Of a stretch of 64,000 nt of DNA, positions 1 to 12,000 are shown piece by piece (the stretch's first letter is position 1; each line of letters begins with the position of its first letter). The notes beneath the pieces were generated by a model that saw only the letters and a list, made by a program, of their open reading frames with translations, did not search any database and was not told the DNA's origin. The stretch is from Macrostomum hystrix (lineage: Eukaryota > Animalia > Platyhelminthes). The DNA lies in the NCBI GenBank assembly GCA_950097015.1, contig CATNEN010000007.1:7378001-7442000 (forward strand), read 5' to 3'. A program made the translations under genes and the position numbers.

Positions 1-2
1 TT

Positions 3-3000
3 GCTGGCAAATCGTACGACGACATCTGTTCGCTGCTGAGCGGTCATTTCAACCCGAGACCAAGTGAGATCGTCCAAAGGTTCCACTTTAACAACCGAGC
101 CCAGCGTGCTGGAGAGACTGTGGCAGAGTTTCTGGCAGAGCTGCGGATGCTGGCCGAGTTCTGCAACTTTGGCAACAGCTTGTCGGACATGCTGCGGGAC
201 AGACTGGTGTGCGGCATCGCGGATCAGCAAATCCAACGCCGGCTGCTGATGGAGCCGACCCTCACCCTCGACACAGCAAAGGAGATCGCTCGGGCGGGCG
301 AATCGGCAGCCATCAACTGCCGGTCGCTGGGATCAGCGAACTCGGCAGCACCGACGCCATCGACGGAAAGCGACGCTGTGCTACGGATGGAGCGGCAGCG
401 ACCAGAGGAAGACAGCAGACAGCTGGGAGCCGAAAGTCGTCGGCGCTGCTTTCGCTGTCTCTCAACCCGTCACCTGGCCAGCAAGTGCCCCTTCGTGGAC
501 AAGCGCTGCTTTAAGTGCAGCAAGACCGGACACACAGCGAAGGCCTGTAAGACAGATGCACTGCGGCAGCAGCAGACACACCAGCTGGTGGAGCAGGTGA
601 CCACGAGCGCGAGTCCAGATGAGGTGTCGTATCCGTTTTATCATCTGGGGGCGGATCGGCCGCAGTCAAGTTTTCCACCGATCAGGACATCGGTTTTTAT
701 CGAAGGGCGGCAGCACGAGATGGAGGTAGACACAGGTGCATCTGTATCGCTGATGTCTGAGCGCACATTCAAGGCGAACCTGGACGGACTGGTTACACTG
801 TCCCGGTCAACGATTCAACTCAGCACCTACACCGGTCAGACCGTGCGCGTGCTCGGCCAGCTGTCCGTCCGCGTGCGAGTGTCCGCCGACTCTGATGAAG
901 CGCAACTGCGGCTTCTCGTTGTCGCCGGCGACGGTCCGAGCCTCCTCGGTCGGGATTGGCTGGCTCAGCTGCGCCTGGACTGGCAGTCGGTCAAGCGCAT
1001 CGGTGACCCTGCTGAGAAGCTCATCAAGGAGTTCTCAGATGTCTTCCAAGGCCTGGGAGAGTTCAACGGCAAGCCAGTGTCTATCAGTCTCAAGGAGACC
1101 GCCAGACCGAAGTTCTTCAAGGCGCGACCTGTTCCTTTCGCGCTGCGTGAAAAAGTCGAACAGCAGCTGCAGAAGGAAATCGACCAAGGAGTGCTGATGC
1201 CGGTCAAGAACTCCGACTGGGCGTCACCGATCGTGCCAGTGATGAAATCGGACGGCAGCGTCCGCGTCTGTGCAGATTTCAAGCAGGGAGTCAACACAGC
1301 GATTCGGCCGGAGGCGTACCCCCTGCCAAACATCGACGAACTGTTCGCCCGGCTGACTGGCGGGCAAAAGTTCTCTAAGCTGGACCTGACCAACGCATTT
1401 ATGCAGCTTCCGCTGGACGAGGAAGCCCAAGAGGTCTGTACAATCAACACTTCCGTCGGACTCCTGCGCTACACCCGACTGCCTTTTGGGGTGTCGATTG
1501 CCCCAAGCGTCTTCCAACGAGTGATGGACAACCTGCTGCGTGGAATTCCGCACACAGCATCCTTCATCGATGATGTCATCATCACGGGAGAGGACGACGC
1601 GAGCCATCTGCACAATCTCAGAGAGGTCCTGAGGGTCTTCAAGGAATCCGGCCTGACCTGCAAGCTCGAGAAGTGCAGATTCTTCCAGGACGAGGTCACG
1701 TACCTGGGTCACCGCATCGACGCAGAGGGACTGCACCCACTCGACGACAAAGTCCAAGCCGTGCTAGATGCACCAGCACCGACGAACACGACTCAGCTCA
1801 GGAGCTTCTTGGGCCTCATCAACTATTACGGGAAGTTCCTGCCGAATCTCTCCAGCGTGCTGGCACCGCTACACCGGCTGCTGGAGAAAAACTCGAAGTG
1901 GCGGTGGGACCGCGGTGAGGCCAAAGCGTTGCCGCAGCAAAGCAGCTACTCACGCATTCAAGTGTCCTGGTGCACTACAATGCGGCAGAGGACCTCTACC
2001 TGGAGTGCGACGCCTCGCAGTACGGCCTGGGCGCTGTCATCTTCCATCGTCAGAACGGCATGGACAAACCGATCGCGTACGCTTCGCGCAGTCTCAATGC
2101 CGCTGAGAAGAACTACTGTCAGCTGGAGAAGGAGGCACTCGCGCTGGTCTTTGGCGTCAGAAAATTCCACCAGTATCTGTTTGGCCGAGAGTTCAACCTG
2201 CTGACGGACCATCAGCCGCTGTTAGGCCTCCTTGGGCAGGAACGGCCGCTTCCAACGTTGGCGTCCGGCCGAGTTCAACGATGGGCGCTGCTCCTGACAG
2301 CCTATCGCTACCGTCTAGTACATCGCAGCGGGACCTCTATGCTCCGGGCGGACGCCCTGAGCCGCCTTCCTGCATCAAGCGGGCCCAAGGACGTTCCAGT
2401 GCCACCGGAAGTCATTCAAGTGATGGACTGCCTCGACGCCGGTCCGGTGACTTCATCAGATGTGCGTAACTGGTCACGCCGCGATGCCACATTGTCTCAG
2501 GAGCTCTCGGTCCAAGACGGCTGCATTCTTTGGGGCTGCCGCGTCGTCATTCCGGAGGCCTGTCGATCCAGTCTCCTAGAATCGCTGCACGTCGCACACC
2601 CTGGCGCGTCCCGCATGAAGTCGCTGGCCAGGAGCTACATCTGGTGGCCCGGCATGGACCGTGATATCGAGGCGAAGGCAGCGGGATGCCAGGAGTGCCA
2701 GAAGCACCAGCGAGTCGTTCCGGAGGTGGCACTGCAACCGTGGCCGCTGCCGACAAGGCCCTGGTCGCGGATTCACATCGACTTCGCAGGGCCCGTCCAA
2801 GGAAGAATGCTCCTGGTGGTAGTCGACTCCTACTCCAAGTGGATCGACGTTCACGTGACGTCGGCAACGACAAGCTCTGCAACGATAGAGAAGCTACGAC
2901 AGACCTTCAGTGCCCACGGCCTGCCGGATGCTATTGTCTCGGACAACGGTCCCTGCTTCGCAAGCTCGGAGTTCGAAACCTTCTGTGCTAAGAACGGCAT

Positions 3001-3578
3001 TCGGCACATCCGCACGCCGCCCTACCACCCAGCTTCGAATGGCCAAGCCGAACGAACTGTGCAGACCGTCAAGAGCTCTCTGAAAAAACAAGCGAGCGAC
3101 GGCAGCTCTCTGGAGACGCAGCTGGCGAGATTCTTGCTGAGTTACCGCACAACGCCGCACCCAACGACAGGAGTGGCTCCTTGTGAGCTACTGATGCGCC
3201 GTTCGCTGCGAACGCTCCTCGATGTACCCAGGCCAGACATTGCCAAGCGGGTCCTCGAGAACCAGGAGAAGCAAAGGCTGCAGCATGACTCTGGGGCGCA
3301 CGGGCGGAGCTTCGCGGAGGGCGAGGCAGTGTTCGTTCAAGACTTCAGCTGTGGAAAGGAACGGAGCTGGACGCGAGCAACGGTGGTGGGCATTGAAGGC
3401 AGCAACTGGTACCAGTGCAACCTGCCGGACAACAGAACGGTTCGGCGTCATGCAAACCAGATGCGGTGCGATACGACTCACCGCAATGTGGACCAACAGC
3501 CTCGGGGGCTGGTCTGTCAGCCGCCACAACTGCCACCGCCCCTACCACTGGCACCGCCGCCATCGTCGACACCGACAA

Positions 3579-3612
<34 letters not shown>

Positions 3613-3793
3613 CCCACCGCCGCCGCCGCCGACATCACTACATCAGCCACCGCCAACGCCTCCAACGCCTCCAACAATGGCACCGCAGCAGCAGCAGCGG
3701 CGGGATCAATCACCGCAGCACGTGCCTCGAAGATCGACCAGGATCCGCAAGAGCCCAGACCGTCTGAACTATGGTGGGAGAAGTGTTATGTAG
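3..3793 (+). pseudogene. gag-pol polyprotein of the Gypsy element, disrupted by a 1-nt deletion near 1929-1930
   Basis: The frame is open from position 3. ORFs 120-2204 and 1970-3793 join if GCG TT GCC is restored to GCG TTY GCC (AKAFAAAKQLLTHSSVLVHYN). Confidence 0.85.
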
Positions 3794-4079
3794 TGACTTG
3801 CAGCCAGCGCGTATACGCTGAGTACACCGCGCTGGCAGCTGTCTGTTAACTGGCTGAATATCATTTCATTGTGCGGTGCAGCCATGTGCAGCCAGCGCGC
3901 GTACGCTGAGTACACCGCGCTGGCAGCCGTTTGGTTAACTGGCTGACTTTCAAATCATTGTTCGCTCTATTTTATCACCCCCTAATCCTTACACCCAACG
4001 TGCTGTCGCATAAAATATATATCGCTGTTCTCAGGAGCGTGGAGCTCTGACTGTTTACGTTTCGTTCTAAATACCACCA
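3784..4079 (+). repeat. 3' LTR (about 295 bp) with an internal ~75 bp direct duplication
   Basis: It starts TGTTATG right after the polypurine tract and ends in CA at 4076 or 4079. The duplicated units lie at ~3799-3872 and ~3887-3961. Confidence 0.75.
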
Positions 4080-4173
4080 GTCTAGAGTTATTTCAGTATC
4101 TTGTTAAGTTACTGCATTAATTAATTATCCTCACCTCTCCTCTCTCCTCTTTCATTTCTCATTGCGGCCAAAG

Positions 4174-6987
4174 TGGATGGACGACCTGATAGTGAACAAG
4201 CCGTCCAACTCCACCAAGTACAAGGTGTCGCAGATGCTGACCCTGTGCGCCATCACCTGCACTGTGCTGTTCGTAGTTGAAGCAGTCATGAAATGCGTGG
4301 CGCTCACCTTCGTCGGCTATTGGCAGTCGTGGCGCAATCGCCTTGACGCCTCCGTGACGGTGGCCGGCGTTGTCTGGCTAACCCTGCTGGCCACTTCAAA
4401 GCTGCAAACGGACCTCCTCTCCTTCGCCGAAGATTTCGGCTGGTTTGTCGTTGTACTTCGCCTGTTCACCCTGGCTGCCAAGCGGGCCACCCTGAAGATG
4501 CTGATGCTTACGGTACTCATGTCCACCTTCAAGTCCTTCTTCATCATCCTGGGCATGTTCCTGCTGCTGCTGGTGTACGCCATGGCCGGCGTGATCTTGT
4601 TCGGCAACGTCAAGAACGGCGAGAACCTCAACAGGCAGGCCAATTTCAACAACTGCTGGCGCGCCACCCTGCTGCTGCTGCGCATTGTCACAGGCGAAGA
4701 CTGGAACAAGATCATGCACGACTGCATGGTGGCGCCGCCATTCTGCAAGACCGTCACCTCGGCTGGTGAGCCTGGTATCAGAGGTTTGCGATCTTGTGCA
4801 GCTACTGCACAGCCGCAGCTATTGTTGGGTACCCATTTTACAGCTGGGCAAACTAAATCAATGTGGAATTTACTGCTAAATGTATTTTCTTCGAAATGAG
4901 ATTCGAACGCCAGACCTCTATCCGTTAAAAGCTGGGCAACAACTGTAGTTAAAATTTTATTTGCAGCAGGGCTATGGGCACTGGGATAACATTCCCACAG
5001 CCAGCGACGAGGCAATTCTGCCCATTTCTCTGGCTCCTGAAAACCCATGCACATAGATTCTGTACTGTAAAATGGGTACCAGCATCAGCTGGGGTGTAGA
5101 AATCTGGGTCTGTGTTAATGGCGGCACCCCAGTCCATGGACTGAACAGCTGATTTCGGATTCGCTGCGCTTGTGGTCCAATTTATTGGGTGTATTTTTGA
5201 GTCGATTGTCGAGTGATTCTGTAAAAAAACATTAGCTTTTTTTCTTAACTAAAAAGTTATTTACCCAAGCAGTCTCAAAATGTTAAGTTTATCTAATCGA
5301 ATGCTACCTGAATCAGATTATATTCTCTGTATTCCCATTTATCCAATATCAATGCACTCATTTGCACCCTCCGACACCCTCAGGCAACAACCTGTGGAAC
5401 TCCAACTGCGGCAATAGCCAGGCCTCGCTAGTTTACTTCTGCTCATTCTACATCATCATCTCCTACATCATGCTGAACATCCTGGTGGCCATCATCATGG
5501 AGAACTTCTCCCTGTTCTACACCAATGACGAGGACGCCCTGCTGTCGCACACGGACATCAGGCAGTTTCAGAACACCTGGAACCTGCTGGACGAATCCCG
5601 CCGCGGCAGCATCAGCCTTCGCAAGTGCAAGATTCTGCTGAGGATGCTGACTGGCCGGCTGCAGATCATCGACTCCGGCAAGTCGGTCCTGTCCAAGCAG
5701 CTGTTCAAGCACATGATCTACGAGCTGGAGAAATTGCACGGGCCCGGCGATGTGTCGTTCCACGATGTGCTCGCCATGGTGGCTTATCGGTAAGAAATTC
5801 TTGGTCGCAAAGCCTGGTCGCACGGTATGGTCGCGTGTGCGGCCTATTAGGGCAAGGTCACAAAGCATGGTCGCACGGTATGGTCGCGTGTGTGGCCATA
5901 CTTGTAAATGCATTGTCGCTAATTATTGTCGCACAGTATGGTCGCTAGCGACATATTCGCTTCCTTGAGGGTCGCAAAGCAAGGTTTTCAGTGCGACAGA
6001 AAATTGAACTTTGGCATCAGTCACATGTTTTTTGCGAGACTCAGACTTTTTTACGGGAAAGTTTTGATAGTGGTTTATATTGCTACTTGTTAGTAGGCTA
6101 ATTAGATTTTTTCTGCATTTATTTTATCTTGCCTCCTTCACCACAGCTCCGTGGACATCCGCAAGAGCCTTCAGCTGCAGGAGCTGATGGCCCGCCAGGA
6201 GTTGGAGTTCACCATCGAGGAGGAGGTGGCCAAGCAGACCATCAAGGAGTGGCTGGACGGCTGCGTGAAACGTAAGCGCGCCCACGAAGCGTCCATCAGT
6301 TGCGTGATCGGCCACTTGCGCAGCTCCAACCCGCTGTCCGACTTGCTGCCCGCCTCGCCACCGACTGTCGAACAGCCCTCGGCGGATTCCGCAACGATTG
6401 AAAACTCCGGCGATGGCGAGAGAGACGGCGAAGGTGAGCGGCCATTGCGAAAGTCGAGCACCAGCGCCTATCCGAATTTGTCGCCGTCGGCGGAGGCTCA
6501 GACACCAACGGATCCTGACGATGTCGACACAGGCGCCAGCAGCAGTGGCGGCAGCGGCCGCGGCGGTCATGCGTCGCTGACGATGGGCTCGAAACGGCGC
6601 AGGCCGGCGCGCATTCTCAACCTCCTGGATGAAAAGGACGACGGCATGACGGCCGGCAGCGCTGGCGAAGACGGCGATCGCGACGGCAACGATGCCACCG
6701 GTTTCGTCTACGGCGACGTCGACGACGAGGCGAGTCTAAACGGTGAAAATCGCGACGTGGTCCGCGGCATCGGACGGTTCGGCCAGCCATTGAGACGCTC
6801 GGCCGCGGCTGCGACCCGCCGAAAGCGTCGCTCGGTGACACACTTCGCCCACAGCAGCTGCCAGGAGGTCAAGGACTGGTGGAAGTCCAACATGCTGCTG
6901 GGCCCGGCCGTCAAGGAGTTAAATGACGCTTTGAATGATGAGGACCTCGACGAAGAGGAGTTCGAGGAGGACTTTTGGGGGCTTTGA
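4174..6987 (+). CDS. NALCN: Sodium leak channel NALCN, last three exons (domain IV and C-terminus); 5' part lies upstream of the window
   Basis: Exons are 4174-4765, 5384-5789 and 6147-6987, with GT-AG boundaries and matching phases. Motifs RIVTGEDWNKIMHDCMV, YFCSFYIIISYIMLNILVAIIMENFSLFY and SVDIRKSLQLQELMARQELEFTIEEEVAKQTI closely match NALCN as I recall it. Confidence 0.95.
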
Positions 6988-7097
6988 AACAGGGCTTTGA
7001 AACACTGTGTATGAAGGTCCCAGGTTTGAATCCTGTTGTATATTTATATATGTGCAACTTTTACGAAGTCTAGTTCTGTTCACAGGCCTAGAAAAAC

Positions 7098-7130
<33 letters not shown>

Positions 7131-7949
7131 TATATATTTTCCAATCTCTATGAATAAGGGCGCATTCGGTATTTTTGTCTTTTAAAACCCGGGAAAGCTT
7201 TGTTTTACCTATGTACCTACTCTTCTAAGTAGATTAGTGCGAGTATAAGCCTTATTTTATTACCATTGGGAGCTGGCTTCGGTACCGAATTGACACTACA
7301 AACATCCTAGAATGAAAGATAGCTTAAGAAATAGCCACATTTTTCAGGAATTTCATTGTCTATCTAAGGAAAGTGTCCTGCAGTGCTCAAATATGCCTGG
7401 TCAAGCCTGAGTCCAATGGGATTCTCGTGGCGAAAGAAGTGAGTAGAAAATAGCGAGTCTATTGTGCTTATTTCGCTTATGTAAAAAGCTTATCTGACCA
7501 TTATTCACATCTTAGCTAATCTACTTTAAACAGCAGGTATATTTTTTAGTTTTTTTGCATTGCCTTATCCGCTGCTCAATCAGTTAAGTGTTTTTTTTTC
7601 TGAGAATCAGTATTTTACGCAGCCAGCTATCTAACCTGCTGATTTAGTAAACGCCTTAACGGGATATTGCAGCAGTTCTGCTTCGAAAAAAAGCCAACAG
7701 TTGTGCGTCGCTGCTTCGAGCATTTTGTTTCTCTGTTGTCAATCTCTTTTAATAGCGAAGCAGATTTTAGCCACAGGAATACCTGTTGGACAATGACAGG
7801 TCGGTGATGTGTGACCCTGTGTTACACTGATCTGTACGTATTATGGAATTCTACAATGAGGCTTTGTATCGAGAATCTAGTTATTAACGCTGGTGTGGAT
7901 TGCTGATGGCCTTAGACAAGCTTATAAGTATCAAAGCCTTTATTAGTAA

Positions 7950-8908
7950 CCCACCCCTTAATGTCAGAGCCTCAGAAACCCACCCCTGAGTGTCAGAGCC
8001 TCAGAAACCCTCCCCTGAGTGTCAGAGCCTTGGAAACCCACCCCTGAGTGTCAGAGCCTTGGAAACCCACCCCTGAGTGTCAGAGCCTTGGAAACCCACC
8101 CCTGAATGTCAGAAACCCAACCCTGAGTTTCAGAAACCCACTCCTGAGTGTCAGAGCCTTAGAAACCCACTCCTGAGTGTCAGAGCCTTAGAAACCCACT
8201 CCTGAATGTCAGAAACCCACTCCTGAGTGTCAGAGCCTTAGAAACCCACTCCTGAGTGTCAGAGCCTTAGAAACCCACTCCTGAATGTCAGAAACCCACT
8301 CCTGAGTGTCAGAGCCTTAGAAACCCACTCCTGAGTGTCAGAGCCTTAGAAACCCACTCCTGAATGTCAGAAACCCACTCCTGAGTGTCAGAGCCTTGGA
8401 AACCCACCCCTGAATGTCAGAAACCCAACCCTGAGTTTCAGAAACCCACTCCTGAGTGTCAGAGCCTTAGAAACCCACTCCTGAGTGTCAGAGCCTTAGA
8501 AACCCACTCCTGAATGTCAGAAACCCACTCCTGAGTGTCAGAGCCTTAGAAACCCACTCCTGAGTGTCAGAGCCTTAGAAACCCACTCCTGAATGTCAGA
8601 AACCCACTCCTGAGTGTCAGAGCCTTAGAAACCCACTCCTGAATGTCAGAAACCCACCCCTGAGTGTCAGAAACCCACCCCTTAATGTCACAGCCTCAGA
8701 AACCCACCCCTGAGTGTCAGAGCCTCAGAAACCCTCCCCTGAGTGTCAGAGCCTTGGAAACCCACCCCTGAGTGTCAGAGCCTTGGAAACCCACCCCTGA
8801 GTGTCAGAGCCTCAGAAACCCTCCCCTGAATGTCAGAAACCCACCCCTGAGTGTCAGAGCCTTGGAAACCCACCCCTGAATGTCAGCCTCAGAAACCCAC
8901 CCCTGAAA
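7950..8908 (+). repeat. Minisatellite with mixed ~29 bp and ~20 bp units (GAAACCCACTCCTGAGTGTCAGAGCCTTA)
   Basis: Tandem array visible directly between NALCN and FAN1. Confidence 0.95.
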
Positions 8909-9052
8909 TTCTAAGCCTTAAGAACAATTTGCACCATTGAGTGAAAGTCTTCATAGTCAATCACCTGCACTGCTTTCAGGCTAAACCATTGACAACTTCC
9001 AGCACTATCGATTGTTGAATAAATATTATCCAAGTACTGCGCCCTTGAGCTG

Positions 9053-12000
9053 ATGTCGAAGGCGGCGGACAGTGACGGCAGCGACAGCGACTGCCAGATT
9101 GTCAGCTGTCAGGTGTCGCCGCCGAAGCCGCAGCCGCGCCGGCAAAGCAGCCTGTTTGATTTCTTCGGCTTCAAAGGAGGCGGCGGCGGCAGCGGCAGCA
9201 GAATTAGTGATCAAGCGACAAAGTCTCAAAGCTCTAGCAAATCATCCGTGAAGAAGCAGCAGCAGCAGCAGCAGCAGAAGGAAAATCATCATCGAAAGCG
9301 CAGTCTGGAATTTGACGATCTCGATCATTTCGTTGCCGGCGGCTGCATTGAACAGCGTCGGAAAGCAGAAGCCGAAGCTGAGGCCAAAGCGGAAGCGGAA
9401 GGAGCCGTACAAAAGGAGGATGAGGAGGCGGATGATGAAGCTCCGGATGCTGGGGAGCAGCCCTACTATGCCAGGTGGTTCGCGCACATTGTGAGCACGG
9501 TGAGTGAGGCATAAGTTGTTAATTATTTCATTATCGATCAGCTACTGGGGCGTGAAAATTCAACTGTTTTGGCCAAATATTTTATGCTTAAACGCGCGGC
9601 GCAGAAATTAGCTGCAAAATAATTTGATTTCAACTTTTAAAGTGCGTCACCTTTTCGATGTGAAACATTTCGGAAGTGTTGCCAATTAGCTTTCAAAGAC
9701 TGTCCAGACACTTTAAGTAGAGATATTTTTGGATATTCTAAAGACTGAGTGATTACGGTTTGCGCTACTGGGAGTTGAGTGTTTAAGGGCTCAAGTTGGA
9801 CAGAAATTTTTAACTTCTTCCAAGCAAATCCGGCCGAATTAACGCCTGCATCAACGATTGCTCATTAGTGTTAGCTGTTTGCATGCCCGCATCAACGATT
9901 GCTCATTAGTGTTAGCTGTTTGCATGCCCGCATCAACGATTGCTCATTAGTGTTAGCTGTTTGCATGCCCGCATCAACGATTGCTCATTAGTATTAGCTG
10001 TTTGCATGCCCGCATCAACGATTGCTCATTAGTATTAGCTGTTTGCATGCCCGCATCAACGATTGCTCATTAGTGTTAGCTGTTTGCATGCCCGCATCAA
10101 CGATTGCTCATTAGTATTAGCTGTTTGCATGCCCGCATCAACGATTGCTCATTAGTGTTAGCTGTTTGCATGCCCGCATCAACGATTGCTCATTAGTATT
10201 AGCTGTTTGCATGCCCGCATCAACGATTGCTCATTAGTATTAGCTGTTTGCATGCCCGCATCAACGATTGCTCATTAGTGTTAGCTGTTTGCATGCCCGC
10301 ATCAACGATTGCTCATTAGTATTAGCTGTTTGCATGCCCGCATCAACGATTGCTCATTAGTATTAGCTGTTTGCATGCCCGCATTTGTTCTTTTTTTAGT
10401 ATCTCCTAAAATATTCAACTAAATGCCATGAAAATTCAAAACACGGGCTAGAATTTTCTACTCATAAAATAACTTCCAGAATTACAAAACATCGGCATCG
10501 TCGAGATATTCAACGGTTTTCGTCGGGTTGTCAGGGGACAAAAACCACCAATATGGGCATACTTTAAGAGGCATCTCAAGGGGCGAGTGGGTCAGCGGCT
10601 AACGTCGCTGCCTCGCACTCCAAAGGACGCTAGTTCGATTTACCTTTCAAGTCACGATTTAATATCGGGGCTTGTTGGAGGGTTTGGACAGTAGCGACCG
10701 GCGGAGGTGCACCATATTTCGTGCAATCAAAGCTTGAAACAATAGTTTCGCTCCTACCTTTCTGTGTGCCTGTTCTGCGTTGCGTGAGTTGTGTGCGTTG
10801 GCGCTGGGGCGTGAGACCTTGTGGGGGGTGGCTGGAGGGCGGGTGTACACCGCCGCGCGCTTTCTGGATTTCCGTCAGCGCGATTGGATAAGTGTACACT
10901 CATCACCCGGCCCCCCCTGAGGACTGATTTCTTATCAGCCTTCCGCCCCGGCTTGGTCTGCTCTGTGCGTGTGGGGCTGGGGTGGGGGGCACTGCTGCCT
11001 ATTCTGGGTGCCTCCTGCCCTCCCCGGCTGGTCTGTGCTGCTGTGTGTGGTGCCTGCTTAGGGGAGGCGGCGCGATGGGCGCTAAGCGCCTAGTTCGCCG
11101 GTCTGGGGGCGTGCCGCTCCGTCGCTTGTGCGACAAGTGCCCCGGGCCCCCCTGCAAATAGATAGAGGAATCTCAAAGACGGCTACTTTTGTTGAAGATC
11201 CCGACGGTGTGCCGCCGATGCCGGCGATGAAGCCTGGTGCCTGGGATGCTGAGAACAAAGGTCCATGCGACAGATGGACTCTGATTATTGAACCAATATG
11301 GATTCGCCGTTTACACAGAGCAATGTTAGTTGTCCTTGTCACCGGGGTCTTCGACAAGAACCGCTGAGTATCTCGACCATGCTAGCGTAGGACAACTTTG
11401 AAAGTTAGTCCATCGTAAAGGGCAGAAAATTTTAATTCAGATTGTGGACTTTCACTCAAATCGGTCATTCGGTTTGGGAGCTGTCGTGAAGTAGGCAGTG
11501 CGTATTTGAAACACACCCGACGTCTTTCCCCATGGGAAAAATAGCGTTGTCTTTCTACTCTTAAGCGGACTTAAAATGGACATTCCCCTAACCTAAATTT
11601 TTAAAGACTTATGGGAATTTAGGCGTGAGATACGTGAGATTCATGACTTTAGGAGTGAGATATGTGAGATACTTGGATATCACATCTTGAGTCTTGACTG
11701 AGAAGCATGAGCCATTGTCCACTCCTTCTGTCGCAGGTGTCGCAGGACTCGGAGCTGGAGTTCCTGTTCTCAACGGAGCAGCGCCAGCAGCTGGCCGCCG
11801 TGGCCCGGCTGCCACCGGAGCGGCCGGAGCTGCGCCTGCTGGCCCGCCTCCTGTGCCGGACGCTCCGCTTCCACCGGCCGGCGCGGCTGCGCTACCCGGA
11901 GCTCGGCGTCCCACCGGAGCAGGCCTTCGTCGGCCTCGCCAGTCTGGGCCTGGCTGAGAGCCTCGCTGAAGCGTCGCCACCGCCCAGCCTCGCCGAACTG

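Larger units (their letters stand above)
1..4079 (+). mobile_element. Ty3/Gypsy LTR retrotransposon (5' end outside window), probably lying in a NALCN intron
   Basis: The gag-pol order is two CCHC knuckles, protease (VDTGAS), RT (LDL...LPFG...FIDD), RNase H (ECDASQYGLG) and integrase (HIDF, SDNG, AERTVQ). It is followed by a polypurine tract (GGTGGGAGAAG, 3773-3783) and an LTR starting TG at 3784. Confidence 0.95.

Noticed and set aside
1920-1940. Programmed ribosomal frameshift in pol
   Set aside because: It lies between RT and RNase H with no slippery heptamer. A 1-nt deletion or sequencing error explains it better.
10917-10945. Possible hammerhead ribozyme core (CTGAGGA plus a stem) in the SINE
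   Set aside because: The required GAAA after stem II is absent, so it is only a hairpin.
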